Below, in pieces: positions 33,734 through 43,532 of a stretch of DNA of 64,000 bases. The position numbers were made by a program, and so were the translations under genes. The notes under the pieces were generated by a model, which saw only the letters and a list, made by a program, of their open reading frames with translations, did no database searches and was not told the origin of the DNA. Positions within the stretch are counted from its first letter, which is position 1. Each line of letters begins with the position of its first letter. Source of the DNA: Ignavibacteriota bacterium (GTDB lineage: Bacteria; Bacteroidota; Ignavibacteria; UBA10030); assembly GCA_963778945.1 (NCBI GenBank), contig CAVZWL010000005.1:2062-66061 (forward strand), in the 5' to 3' direction.

Positions 33734-33757
33734 CCGCGGTCAACGCCCGCGGCTACA
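33734..33757 (-). repeat. GTAG-type REP copy 1 (TGTAGCCGCGGGCGTTGACCGCGG)
   Basis: Matches 40133 and 41700 except for one loop base. Confidence 0.75.
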
Positions 33758-33793
33758 GAAAAGAAATAAATACGGGAATTGAAAAATATCGAA

Positions 33794-34813
33794 TTATTTC
33801 GCATACCGCTGCTTTACAGCAGGAATAAGATATTGCGCAAAAGCATCTTCCAACGAATAGTTCGGTTTCCATTCCCAATCCTGACGGGCAGCGGAATCAT
33901 CGACATCTGCCGGCCAGCTGTCCAGAATGGCCTGACGCTTCGGATCGGGAACAAAAGAAATTTCCGCTTGTGGAAAAGGTTTTCGTATGAGCGCTTGCAC
34001 TTCTTCTGCAGACGGATTGAATGAACCGACATTATAGACCTGACGCGTCAATCTTTCTCTCGGGACTTTCTGCAGCAACCTGAGCGCGTTAATGGCATCG
34101 GGCATCGTCATGAACGGAATGCGAACATCCTCACGGACAAAACAATTGTATTTTTTATTTTGCGCCGCATAGTGCAGCATTTCCGGCGCGAAATCGCTCG
34201 TCCCGCCGTTGGGAAGCGTCACAGCGCTGATAAGGCCCGGAAAGCGGACACTGCGGAAATCCACTCGTCCCTTTAACGGTTCCGCGTCGAGCTGCCGGTA
34301 ATAACTGCTGTAATAACCGCCCAGCAATTCCACATACAATTTATTGATTCCATACATCGTTCGTGGATGCAGCCATTCCGTCTCTTTGACTTTTCCCGCA
34401 GCATTCTTCTGCTGAACATCGGGGAGACCGTACACTGCAATCGAGCTCGGATAAATAAATTTAATTTCGCGGCCCTGGAGCCGGGACTGTGTGATGGCGA
34501 TCTCCAGAAGGTTCAATGTGCCGTCGACATTCACGCGGTGTGCCAGATCCGGCTGCCGTTCCGCACGCGTCGAAAGCAAAGCTGCCAGATGATAAATGGT
34601 GTCGAAGTCGTGTTCGGTGGAAAGGGATTCGAGCAGATGGGAGTCGAGTATATCTCCGGTCACAATACGGTGACATTTTGATCTGATCGATTTATCGAGC
34701 GGGACAAGGTCCATGGCAATGATGTGGATACCGCCTTCTTCGGCGAGATAGTGAATCAGTCCATGTCCGATCTCACCGTTTGCGCCTGTAATGAAAATTG
34801 TCTTTACAGCCAT
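33794..34813 (-). CDS. SDR-type L-threonine 3-dehydrogenase-like epimerase/dehydratase
   Basis: ITGANGEIG, HLAALLS, PSSIAVYG, MYGINK, FPGLISA...GGTSDFA. Confidence 0.8.
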   Translation of the reverse strand: MAVKTIFITGANGEIGHGLIHYLAEEGGIHIIAMDLVPLDKSIRSKCHRIVTGDILDSHLLESLSTEHDFDTIYHLAALLSTRAERQPDLAHRVNVDGTLNLLEIAITQSRLQGREIKFIYPSSIAVYGLPDVQQKNAAGKVKETEWLHPRTMYGINKLYVELLGGYYSSYYRQLDAEPLKGRVDFRSVRFPGLISAVTLPNGGTSDFAPEMLHYAAQNKKYNCFVREDVRIPFMTMPDAINALRLLQKVPRERLTRQVYNVGSFNPSAEEVQALIRKPFPQAEISFVPDPKRQAILDSWPADVDDSAARQDWEWKPNYSLEDAFAQYLIPAVKQRYAK

Positions 34814-34844
34814 AGAGTCTCCAAAAAATAATTCGAGTGTTTTT

Positions 34845-36266
34845 TTAAGAAACCGCATCCTGTAAAAGATCCCTGAGCCGTTCGATATGCCGCGCTGCGT
34901 GTTGCCGCATTGCCGATTGCGGCGCGGAGGAAATAGCGTCCTCTGATTTTTGTGCCGGCGATAAAAAATTCTCCGGAAGCATTGATGCGATTCATAATTC
35001 CGATATTGATATTCTCCAATTGGGCTTCGTCGTCGATATGTTCGGGGTGCCGGCGGAAGCAGACAACACTGAACAATACCGGCGCCATACGCTCATAGGC
35101 ATCCGAAGCATCGATCCACGAAGCGAATTCTTTTGCCAGCCGGCAGTGTTCCCGCAGAATAGCGGCAATGCCGTCTACACCGTAGGAACGCAGAACGAAC
35201 CAGAGCTTTAATGAGCGGAATCTGCGTCCGAGCTGGATTCCCCAATCCATGTAATTATTGACATCCGTGTCTGCCGTCTTGAGATATTCAGGAACAAGGC
35301 TGAACGCTTGTTTCAAGGTCCCGACATGGCGTGTAAAGAGCAGGCTGCAATCCATAGGTGTGAGCATCCATTTATGCGGATTGACGACAAATGAATCGGC
35401 ATGCTGCACGCCGTTGAGAACATATCGCATTTCAGGTAAAATGGCTGCAGAGCCGCCGTACGCGCCGTCCACATGAAGCCAGATTTTTTTATTCTTACAA
35501 AGTGCGGCGATTTCTTCGACCGGATCGATGCTCGTTGTCGCCGTTGTGCCGACGGTTGCCGTAACTGCGAATGGAAGATATCCTTGTTCCTCATCTTCCC
35601 GGATAGAGGCCGCAAGAGCATGAACATCCATGCGGTATTCACTGTCGGAAGGAATATGAACGACATTCGATTGACCGATTCCCAAAACAATTCCGGCTTT
35701 CTCGACGGAGGAATGCGCCTGATCGGAGCAATACATACGCAGGAGCCGGAAGATGAGTGCGCCCGGCAAGCCCGTCTTCACGGATTCGCTTCTGAACGGA
35801 TTCGCGCGCAGCGGTCAATGCAACCAATGTCGAAACGGATGCGCTATCCGTTATAACGCCAGAAAAAGAATCCGGCAGGCCGAGCATTTGCCGCACCCAA
35901 TCGGTTACGACTTCTTCTAACTCTGTAGCGGAGGGGGAAGTGCGCCAGAGCATGCCGTTGACATTCAATGCAGAAATCAGCATTTCTCCCAGAATTCCCG
36001 GAGCCGATGCAGTATTTGCAAAATAGGCAAGAAAGCCGGGGTGATTCCAGTGTGTAATGCCGGGAAGTATGATGCGGTTAAAATCCGCGATGATAGCGTC
36101 CATGCTTTCCGGCTCGAACGGGGGAGTTTGTGGGAAGCTGTTTTTTGATATCGCCCGGCTTTACCTGAGCAAGCACCGGATATTTTTCGGTGTTTTGCAA
36201 AAAGTCGGCAATCCAATCGACTGCCTGTTTGCCGTAGATACGAAATTCTTCTGGATTCATTGTCAT
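34845..36266 (-). CDS. PLP-dependent aromatic-L-amino-acid decarboxylase family (frameshifted)
   Basis: MNPEEFR, PGITHWNHP, SPSATELE, HVDGAYGG, NPHKW, LGRRFRSLKLWF. Confidence 0.9.
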
Positions 36267-36285
36267 AGTTTGAATCGTTTTTCAG

Positions 36286-36759
36286 TTAGTATTGTTTAAC
36301 TACAACTGCAGGCCCATCGGGGTTTCCCGTGTCGAGCACAATTTTCCAGGAACCATCGGGTTGCTTTTTCCATGTCGTTGAATATGTCCCCGACCACTTG
36401 ATCAATTTGCCTTCTTTGTTTTTGCGGCATCCCTCATAACGTCCGACGGTATATCCTATAACTCCGGGTATCATCATTTCTGCCTTGATCGGATGCCAGC
36501 GAAGAGAAAATGTCGAATCCTGAAAAACAGATTCCATGTCTTTACGGATATTATCACGGCCAGTCACAGGCATGCTTGTATCACTGAGCATTGAACCATT
36601 CGGAGCAAAATACATCACCCATCCTTCGATGCCTTTGCCGGCAGTCGCTTTATCAAAATCGCGGTCAAGCTGCATTAAAGTATCTGCTTCGCGAGTATTT
36701 TGCTGTGCGTATAAAAAAGAAGAAAAGAGAAAAAAAACTCCCCAAAGATATACTCTCAT
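36286..36759 (-). CDS. Secreted DUF4440/SnoaL-like (NTF2-fold) protein
   Basis: Signal peptide, GYTVGRY, GTYSTTWKKQPDGSWKIVLDTG. Confidence 0.85.
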   Translation of the reverse strand: MRVYLWGVFFLFSSFLYAQQNTREADTLMQLDRDFDKATAGKGIEGWVMYFAPNGSMLSDTSMPVTGRDNIRKDMESVFQDSTFSLRWHPIKAEMMIPGVIGYTVGRYEGCRKNKEGKLIKWSGTYSTTWKKQPDGSWKIVLDTGNPDGPAVVVKQY

Positions 36760-36835
36760 AACAACTCCATTTTAACGGCGCGAAAACGAATTTTGTATTA
36801 GAATCTCTATAAAAAGGAGGGAAAGTGCAAGAAGG

Positions 36836-36932
36836 AAATGTGTAAATGGCAAACTGAAAACTGTGAACTGTGAATTGTAAACTGTGAACAAAATAACCAA
36901 AAAACCAAGTAACCAAGCAACCAATCAACTGC
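36836..36932. repeat. Degenerate heptamer and octamer tandem tract
   Basis: (AACTGTG)n-like units followed by (AACCAANN)n. Confidence 0.7.
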
Positions 36933-36956
36933 ACTCAGGTTCCGCCGGTTGCAACC

Positions 36957-37703
36957 CTATAGCATTGTTTTAAGCTTGTCATAGCCGCTCCGGCTGATAA
37001 GCAATTTGGTCCCATCTTTCAATATTGCCATGCGGCTGTCTTTTGCATACAATTCTATACGGGCTATACGTTCGATGTTGAGTATATACGACCGATGCAC
37101 TCTCACAAATTTTGTCTGATCAAGAGCATTTTCCAGTTCTGCCATACGCTGCTGTTTAAGGTAGGATTTTCCATCCGTTTTGATAGAGACATAATCGTCC
37201 TGAGCTTCCACATAGTCGATGCGATCGACGGGAATAACATGCACTTTGGAACCTTCTTTGATAAGAATGCGCTCAAGAGGAATTGAATTTGCACGAGCGG
37301 CAGCAATGATGGGCTGCAGAGGGAATTTATCGTGCTTTTTGATTCGTTCACGTACCCGGTCGAGCGCTTCTGCAAGCCGTTCTGCGCTGAAGGGCTTCAG
37401 CAGATAATCGGCAGCATGCACTTCGAAAGCACGGAGTGCGTACTGATCGTACGCCGTAGCAAAAATAACAGCGGGCTGCTGCTCGATCAATTCGAGCACT
37501 TCAAAGCCGTTGAGCTTGGGCATTTGAATATCCAGGAAAATCAGGTCGGGATTGAGTTCGCCGATCATTTTAACGGCGTCGAAGCCGTTGGAACATTCGG
37601 CAATAATTTTGATATCCGGAAATGCGGAAAGATACTCCCGCAATATGATGCGTGCGGGCTCTTCGTCGTCGATCAGGATTGTGCTTATAGTTTTCGGCTG
37701 CAT
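36957..37703 (-). CDS. LytTR-family response regulator
   Basis: LIDDEEPAR, FLDIQMPKLNGF, DYLLKP, FVRVHRSYILN. Confidence 0.93.
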   Translation of the reverse strand: MQPKTISTILIDDEEPARIILREYLSAFPDIKIIAECSNGFDAVKMIGELNPDLIFLDIQMPKLNGFEVLELIEQQPAVIFATAYDQYALRAFEVHAADYLLKPFSAERLAEALDRVRERIKKHDKFPLQPIIAAARANSIPLERILIKEGSKVHVIPVDRIDYVEAQDDYVSIKTDGKSYLKQQRMAELENALDQTKFVRVHRSYILNIERIARIELYAKDSRMAILKDGTKLLISRSGYDKLKTML

Positions 37704-37712
37704 AGTTTGTTA

Positions 37713-38773
37713 TTACTGCTGCTTTAAGGGGAATAAGAGTTCGACACGAAAGTAATCATTTGTTTCTTCAACATCCACACGCGCATCGCTGTTGTAGAGC
37801 GTGTCGAGACGCGCACGAACATTTCGGAGTCCCACTCCGACTCCTTTTTTTCTTGAGCGGTCAGGATCGACAGGATTTTCAATAAGAATCCGCACGCTTT
37901 CGCCGATGCGGGCGGAAGAAAGACGAACCGTCCCTCCGTCAATCATCTGTGCCACGCCGTGGCGCACGGCATTTTCTACGAGAGGTTGAAGAATAAGCGG
38001 CGGCACTTCTGCATCGAGTGTTTCCGGGTCGATTTCCTGAAGAGCAGTAAGTCGTGATCCAAAGCGGATTTTTTCGATCTCAAGAAAATTAGTAATCAGG
38101 GATAATTCGTCCCGGAGCGATATAAAATCTTCCGCGCCCAGCTTCAATCCTTGCCGGAAAAACTCTGCAAGCTTCAGAGTCATCGTTCTTGCTTGAGCCG
38201 GATTGTTTCCGGTCAGTGCACTGATGGAGTTAAGGCTGTTAAAAAGAAAATGCGGATTGATCTGGGCCCGAAGTGCGCGCAGTTCCGCGTCCTGAGCGAA
38301 CAATTTCATTTCGTAGCTCTGGCGTTCCGCTTCCCGTGTCTGTTCGAATGCGATAATGACGTAATGGATTGTTGCGACAAGAAGGAATAAAAGAACGAGG
38401 GTGCTGTAAATCCCGGCAAGCCATGGCACATAGAAGTGAAGCGACATCGGACGTGATTTTAAAAGAATCGATAAAGTGCACCCAGCCATAGCCGATTGCC
38501 ATGGCAAATCCCGCTGCGCAGCAAGCCGCGAAAATAAATATCAGCACGAGCCGGTACCATTGTGTAGATCGAAGCGGGAAAAAACGGCAGAGATAATAGG
38601 AAGAAAGGCAGACAAGGGCATAGAATATTTCAAAAGGGATATCGACGAGCAGGCCTGCCGAATCACTGGTCTGTGTGAGCCAGGAGGTAAGGAAGTTCGA
38701 TCAAAGACCCGACAACAAACCAAGTCGCAAGATAAAGGGCCAGTGTCTTTTTATCGGAAAGTATTGGATGCAT
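37713..38773 (-). CDS. LytS-family sensor histidine kinase (frameshifted)
   Basis: LRAQINPHFLFNSLNSI, LQPLVENAVRHG, GVGLRNVR. Start MHPIL at 38773. Confidence 0.9.
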
Positions 38774-38791
38774 GGACTGGGAGCGGCTTAA

Positions 38792-39559
38792 TTATCGAAT
38801 GTCATTATGGTGCCAGCGGTCTCTTTCAAAACGGCGTCTTTCATCCCACGTCGGTTCGGTCGTATTGCGGACCTCGACTCCGCCCATAATAACTGTGCCT
38901 TTGATAATTAGACGTTTTGCATGTTCGTCTTTCGGAGTACGGGCATGATTGACAAAACCGCCCATAAAAGGGAAGCCCTTCATCACAACGTGCCATTCTT
39001 CCGGAACTTTGATTTCAACTCCGCCCATAATGGCGGAAATATCGATCACCGCTTCCTCTTTGATTTCCGCTTCGCGCAGGTCGAGGTCGATGCCTCCCAT
39101 GATTGCGGTCAATTCGCCTCCCCGAAAATCCTTGGAAGCAATGTTTCTCTTCACGCCCCCCATAATCGCGCTCGTCTTGATCGTTGAATCATCGTCGGGA
39201 TTCGCTGCGATGGTCTCAATGCGGCGGCGGCTCATACTCTGCGTAATCATGGAAGCGCCCAGAAAAACCAGAATGACCGGCCAGAAACTCCAGAAGTTGA
39301 ATTCGATATCATAGATCCGGTCCAGCAGCATACCGCCGCCGATAAAAATAAGAAAGAGCGACCATGTAGAGCCGGCAAGCGTTCTATGCTGAAAAAAATG
39401 TGCGGCTCCGACGATGATCAGCAAGGCAGGCCAATAATAGAGGTATGTTCGTGCCGAGGCAATATGAAAATTATCTAAAAGAAAAAGCACTCCAAGGGCA
39501 ATAATACCAAGGCCTAAAATGAGGCGCGGGGTAAAGTAATAGCGGTCATTTGTTTTCAT
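38792..39559 (-). CDS. LiaF-like membrane protein (DUF5668 TM region plus DUF2154-like domain)
   Basis: GLGIIALGVLFLLDN, YWPALLI, FRGGELTAIMGGIDLDLR, IMGGVEI. Confidence 0.85.
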   Translation of the reverse strand: MKTNDRYYFTPRLILGLGIIALGVLFLLDNFHIASARTYLYYWPALLIIVGAAHFFQHRTLAGSTWSLFLIFIGGGMLLDRIYDIEFNFWSFWPVILVFLGASMITQSMSRRRIETIAANPDDDSTIKTSAIMGGVKRNIASKDFRGGELTAIMGGIDLDLREAEIKEEAVIDISAIMGGVEIKVPEEWHVVMKGFPFMGGFVNHARTPKDEHAKRLIIKGTVIMGGVEVRNTTEPTWDERRRFERDRWHHNDIR

Positions 39560-39918
39560 GGATTTGCTCCCTATAGCATCCATAAAATGGATGATAAAAT
39601 GATTTCCAGATCATTGAAATACCGACACCGATAATAAGTATTGGCCATGCGTTGTGGTAGTTTAGTCCGTAAAGATTCATTTCACAAGCCAGAAACCATA
39701 AGCCGATAAAGATCAAGCTGACTGATTTTCGATATCGATCAGGGCGTGCTTCGATGAGCCGGCCGATACCCATAAAGATGAGAATGAGACGGCCATAATT
39801 TCCATGGATCGCCGAACGGCAGGGTCGTAAAATGTCCGGCCAACAGAGCCGCTCCGACGATTATAAAAAACATTCCCATGCCGATTCCGGCAGAATAACG
39901 TCCTCTTGAAGAATACAT
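39546..39918 (-). CDS. Small LiaF/LiaI-like membrane protein (frameshifted)
   Basis: MYSSRGRY with RBS AAGGAG, WKLWP, AWPILIIGVGISMIW. Confidence 0.7.
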
Positions 39919-39981
39919 ATTGTCTCCTTAATAATATCTGTATCTAACATACCTTTTTAAAAGAAAAGAGTTGCAAAGAAT

Positions 39982-40013
39982 TCGGCGGACGGCAGTTCTG
40001 TATCGGCCAACGG
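39982..40013 (-). promoter_or_regulatory. Candidate LytTR binding site (direct repeat, 21-bp period)
   Basis: TCGGCGGACGG at 39982 and TCGGCCAACGG at 40003, just upstream of a TTGCAA -35-like hexamer. Confidence 0.55.
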
Positions 40014-40132
40014 TGATTCTCGGGTTAGCCTAGTGGAGCCGCCGGCAGTTATTTCTAAGGAACTTTTTCATCCTGCTTCGTAGTTGAAAAAGTAACGAGA
40101 TGCATTATGTCTTTGATATATGGGATTTACAT

Positions 40133-40220
40133 TGTAGCCGCGGGCGCTGACCGCGGGATGCTCCGACACCACCTGGCCCGCCGCAGGAGGGCGGTGTCGG
40201 CTCGCCCCTATGGGGCTACA
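40133..40220 (+). repeat. GTAG-type REP copy 2 within a REPIN-like doublet
   Basis: TGTAGCCGCGGGCGCTGACCGCGG ... GGGGCTACA, with inverted TGTAGCC/GGCTACA ends. Confidence 0.75.
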
Positions 40221-40294
40221 GAAGGTTGTCGCGGAAAACAAAAATACTGGCAATTCCATGAAATGTTGAACAGTCAAAAAAAAGGAGAGTAAAA

Positions 40295-40948
40295 ATGAAA
40301 ATCGGAATATTGGGTACGGGGATGGTCGGCGAGACGTTAGGAACAAAATTGATCCAACTGGAACAATCGGTGACCATGGGATCGCGGACGCCAAACAATC
40401 CCAAAGCGCTGGCATGGGTTGAAAAAAACGGATCGAATGCTTTTGCAGGAACATTTGCGGACGCGGCAAAATTCGGGGAGATTCTATTTAATTGCACGAA
40501 TGGTTCAGCATCGCTTGAAGCGCTCAAGCTTGCAGGAGCGGAGAATATGAGGAGTAAGATTCTGGTCGATGTCGCAAACCCGCTCGATTTTTCAAAGGGA
40601 ATGCCTCCGACGCTGACGGTGAGCAATAACGATTCATTGGGAGAACAGATTCAGCGCGCCTATCCGGATGTGAAAGTAGTAAAAGCTCTCAACACGCTGA
40701 CCTCATTGATTATGGTCAATCCGCAGTCGCTTGCCGGGGGCGATCACGATCTTTTCATCTGCGGCAATGATGCGGACGCGAAAAAAAGCGTGACTGCGAT
40801 ATTGATTTCATTCGGATGGAAGGCGGAGCATATCTACGATTTTGGCGATATCACAAATGCGAGGGGAACCGAAAGTCTTCTGCCGCTGTGGATACGACTG
40901 TTTTCAAAATTCCAGTCTCCCATGTTTCAATGGAAGGTGGTACGGTAA
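40295..40948 (+). CDS. NADPH-dependent F420 reductase-like dinucleotide-binding oxidoreductase
   Basis: KIGILGTGMVG, VDVANPLDFS, VVKALNT, FICGND. Confidence 0.85.
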   Translation: MKIGILGTGMVGETLGTKLIQLEQSVTMGSRTPNNPKALAWVEKNGSNAFAGTFADAAKFGEILFNCTNGSASLEALKLAGAENMRSKILVDVANPLDFSKGMPPTLTVSNNDSLGEQIQRAYPDVKVVKALNTLTSLIMVNPQSLAGGDHDLFICGNDADAKKSVTAILISFGWKAEHIYDFGDITNARGTESLLPLWIRLFSKFQSPMFQWKVVR

Positions 40949-41000
40949 ATGAACCGGGATAACTGGCGGCTGCTCAGCGAACAAACCTTGCCGATCTACA

Positions 41001-41128
41001 GTTGTTTAGTTATTTGGTTATTCGGTTATTTACAGTTTACCATTCGTATATACTGTTCTCTAAATTGAATCCCGCTTCCGCGGTATAACATTTTTAGGCC
41101 TCCGGCTACTATTTACCATTTACCGTTT
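41001..41128 (-). repeat. Hairpin element family B, copy A, in a heptamer tract
   Basis: Core 41049-41109 is the near-identical reverse complement of 47997-48057. Confidence 0.8.
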
Positions 41129-41629
41129 ATCTCGGCGCTTTCATTCCGAATTGTCCCCATTCTTCACGTGAGGGCCCGTAAACACCTGGTGACTTGCAAT
41201 CCCGCCTGTCGCATGAGTACCGTCATTTGCGCGCGATGATGGGCTTCATGTTTTATGAAAGCGCTTAAGACGCCGTGACGCGGCCATTTTTCTCCGTACA
41301 TATCGACTAAATCCATGAGCATTGAATCCGTCCATTGGGTTTGCACGCAGTCGAGTAAAGATTTTGCGGCAGATTCATATTCTTCGGCTATCTTCGATGC
41401 CAAAGATCGGGGGATCGGAATGTTCCGCAGGAGCTTTGACATTCAAGCCGGCTTTCGTTCCCATTTCACCGAGAGTAATGGCAATATGCCATGCAAGGAA
41501 TCCGAGTGAACGTCCTTCCGGAGTTACTTTTTGCTGAAGCGAAGCGTCGGTGAGCGTCTTCATTATTTTCAACGTTGAAGCGCTTTCGGTTTTCCAGTCT
41601 GTGAGAAATTCCTGAATTGTTGTATACAT
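41127..41629 (-). CDS. DinB family protein (frameshifted)
   Basis: GRSLGFLAWHI, HEAHHRAQMTVLMRQAGL, PGVYGPSREEW. Confidence 0.85.
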
Positions 41630-41675
41630 GGGTTGCTCCTTTATTAAAGAAAAATGGTAATGAAATAAATTATTT

Positions 41676-41723
41676 TGTAGCCGATATCATCGGACATCAC
41701 CGCGGTCACCGCCCGCGGCTACA
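41676..41723 (-). repeat. GTAG-type REP copy 3 within a short doublet
   Basis: TGTAGCCG ... CCGCGGTCACCGCCCGCGGCTACA. Confidence 0.75.
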
Positions 41724-41753
41724 GACAACATTGAACGTTTATAATACGCATAG

Positions 41754-42779
41754 TTAAAAAACCACATCGATTTTTTTCAATTCATTGACAATTTCCGGAT
41801 GCATGGGAACACCGTTTCGCATGTTCTCTTCGAACGCTTTCCAGCTCCGGCTGCCGGGAAGTATGATGTCGATATCCGGTTCTACTTCTTTTATCCATTC
41901 AAGGAATTGGTCTGTCTTGTTTGATAATTGTTCTATCGAGCCGAATGCGCCGACATCGAGCGCAATAAAAAGTTTTGAAGTGCCCGGATTGAGAGCGCCT
42001 CTATCGATTTGCATGATTTCGTGCGAAAGCATTGTGCCGGCAAGTGCGCCGGTAAGAAGCTCGATCATGAACGAGAGTCCCGAACCTTTGTGTTCGCCAA
42101 AAGGAAGAAGTCTGCCGCTTTTCAATATCGAATGCGCATCCGTTGTTGCCTGCCCATTGAGATCCAGACCCCAGCCGCATGGAACTTCTTTCCCTTCCCG
42201 TGCATACGTACCGATTTTACCGTACGCTGCCTGACTCATTGCCATATCGAGCACGATCGGTTCTTTATCTTTTTGCGGAATTCCGATACCGAGCGGATTG
42301 TTGCCAAGCAATGACTGCCGGGATTGCCATGCAATCATATTGGGAATTGCATTGGTCATGCAAATTCCGATTGTGCCCCATTGTGCTGCACGGAAAGCAT
42401 AAGCAAATGCACGTCCCCAGTGTGTTGCATTCGTTAAGAGGCATGCTCCGATACCGAATTTTTTTGATTTGTCCACTGCGTATTTCATTGCTTCGAGAGA
42501 GACATAACGTCCCGGGCCGTTGTCGCCGTCGATCATACAGGTTGCGTTGTAGTTCCTAAGAACGGTAATTGTGGGATTTGCTGTCGCACGTCCTTCCCGA
42601 ATTCCTTTAAGAAGCGCCGGCAGCATGCGCACACCGTGCGACGGAACTCCCATCAGGTCGGACTCCGCCATGATTTCCGCTTCCATACGCGCAATGTCCG
42701 GAGGCACTCCGGCGGTTTCAAGGGCTGATTGAATCTTTAAAGTCAGTTGAGAATAGGGAATTAAAAGAAAGTCAGGCAT
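41754..42779 (-). CDS. Ldh_2 family oxidoreductase (2,3-diketo-L-gulonate reductase-like)
   Basis: GVPSHGV, NATHWGR, GNNPL, LDMAMSQ, HKGSGLS. Confidence 0.85.
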   Translation of the reverse strand: MPDFLLIPYSQLTLKIQSALETAGVPPDIARMEAEIMAESDLMGVPSHGVRMLPALLKGIREGRATANPTITVLRNYNATCMIDGDNGPGRYVSLEAMKYAVDKSKKFGIGACLLTNATHWGRAFAYAFRAAQWGTIGICMTNAIPNMIAWQSRQSLLGNNPLGIGIPQKDKEPIVLDMAMSQAAYGKIGTYAREGKEVPCGWGLDLNGQATTDAHSILKSGRLLPFGEHKGSGLSFMIELLTGALAGTMLSHEIMQIDRGALNPGTSKLFIALDVGAFGSIEQLSNKTDQFLEWIKEVEPDIDIILPGSRSWKAFEENMRNGVPMHPEIVNELKKIDVVF

Positions 42780-43018
42780 ACGCCGCCGGGTCTCTCCATT
42801 ACTTGTGATAATTTCCGTTGGCTTTATAGATTAAAATATACAAAAAATCGATCAGTGAATTTCTCAAGAACGATTTTTCTACCTAATTTTTGGTTTTTTT
42901 CTGTAGCCCAAAAGGCAGACCTCGCTTGGACAAGCATCATAGGAAAGCCCCATTGAGGCAGGTCCCGTTGGTGTGAATCGGCTGCAGTTGTATGGAGTGA
43001 TTTTAGATTGCCATCGAA

Positions 43019-43121
43019 GTGCTGCTTCAAATAAGTAATATTGTGTTTTGCTCTGCAGAAGCGCATTATTTTCGCGGCACTATGCCTCAGGGAATATAAT
43101 GTCATTTTTTAGGAATGGCAC
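43019..43121 (-). mobile_element. MITE family A, copy 4
   Basis: Reverse complement reads CTG|GTGCCATTCCTAAAAAATGACATTATATTCCCTGAGGCATAGTGCCGCG...CAAAACACAATATTACTTATTTGAAGCAGCAC. Confidence 0.8.
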
Positions 43122-43532
43122 CAGGTTGATTAATTCCTATGCTATTAAAAGAAAAACCCCGGTATATATTCAACAAACAAATTTTTCTCCTCTTCGAGCG
43201 GCCGGACACCAATGAACAAACGTGAGCGACAGCTCGCGAATTTATTCCTGGGATACCGACTTCTGTCCCTACGGTCAAACAGGGCTCATACGCAAGGATC
43301 TGATTTATCAGGCCTATGGGGCGAATTGTAATACACCTTTTAGGCCTACTTTCATCGTGGAATGAGCTTTCAGCCATTGCGGAAGAACAACAATTCATTT
43401 ACATTGGTTAGAATAGAGTATAGAAGTAAGCATTGTACGTGAATTTTGTGAGGCATCTTTCGTGGAACGGCTTTTTGTCTCCTTCGTTTATTCTGCTTTT
43501 CCGCGACGACTTAATCTTGCTACAAACCGGGA

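Noticed and set aside
42824-43121. TLYSLRHSAA resembles the tyrosine recombinase HxLRH box
   Set aside because: It lies inside the 103-bp MITE, the frame is not maintained in the other copies, and no other integrase motif is nearby.
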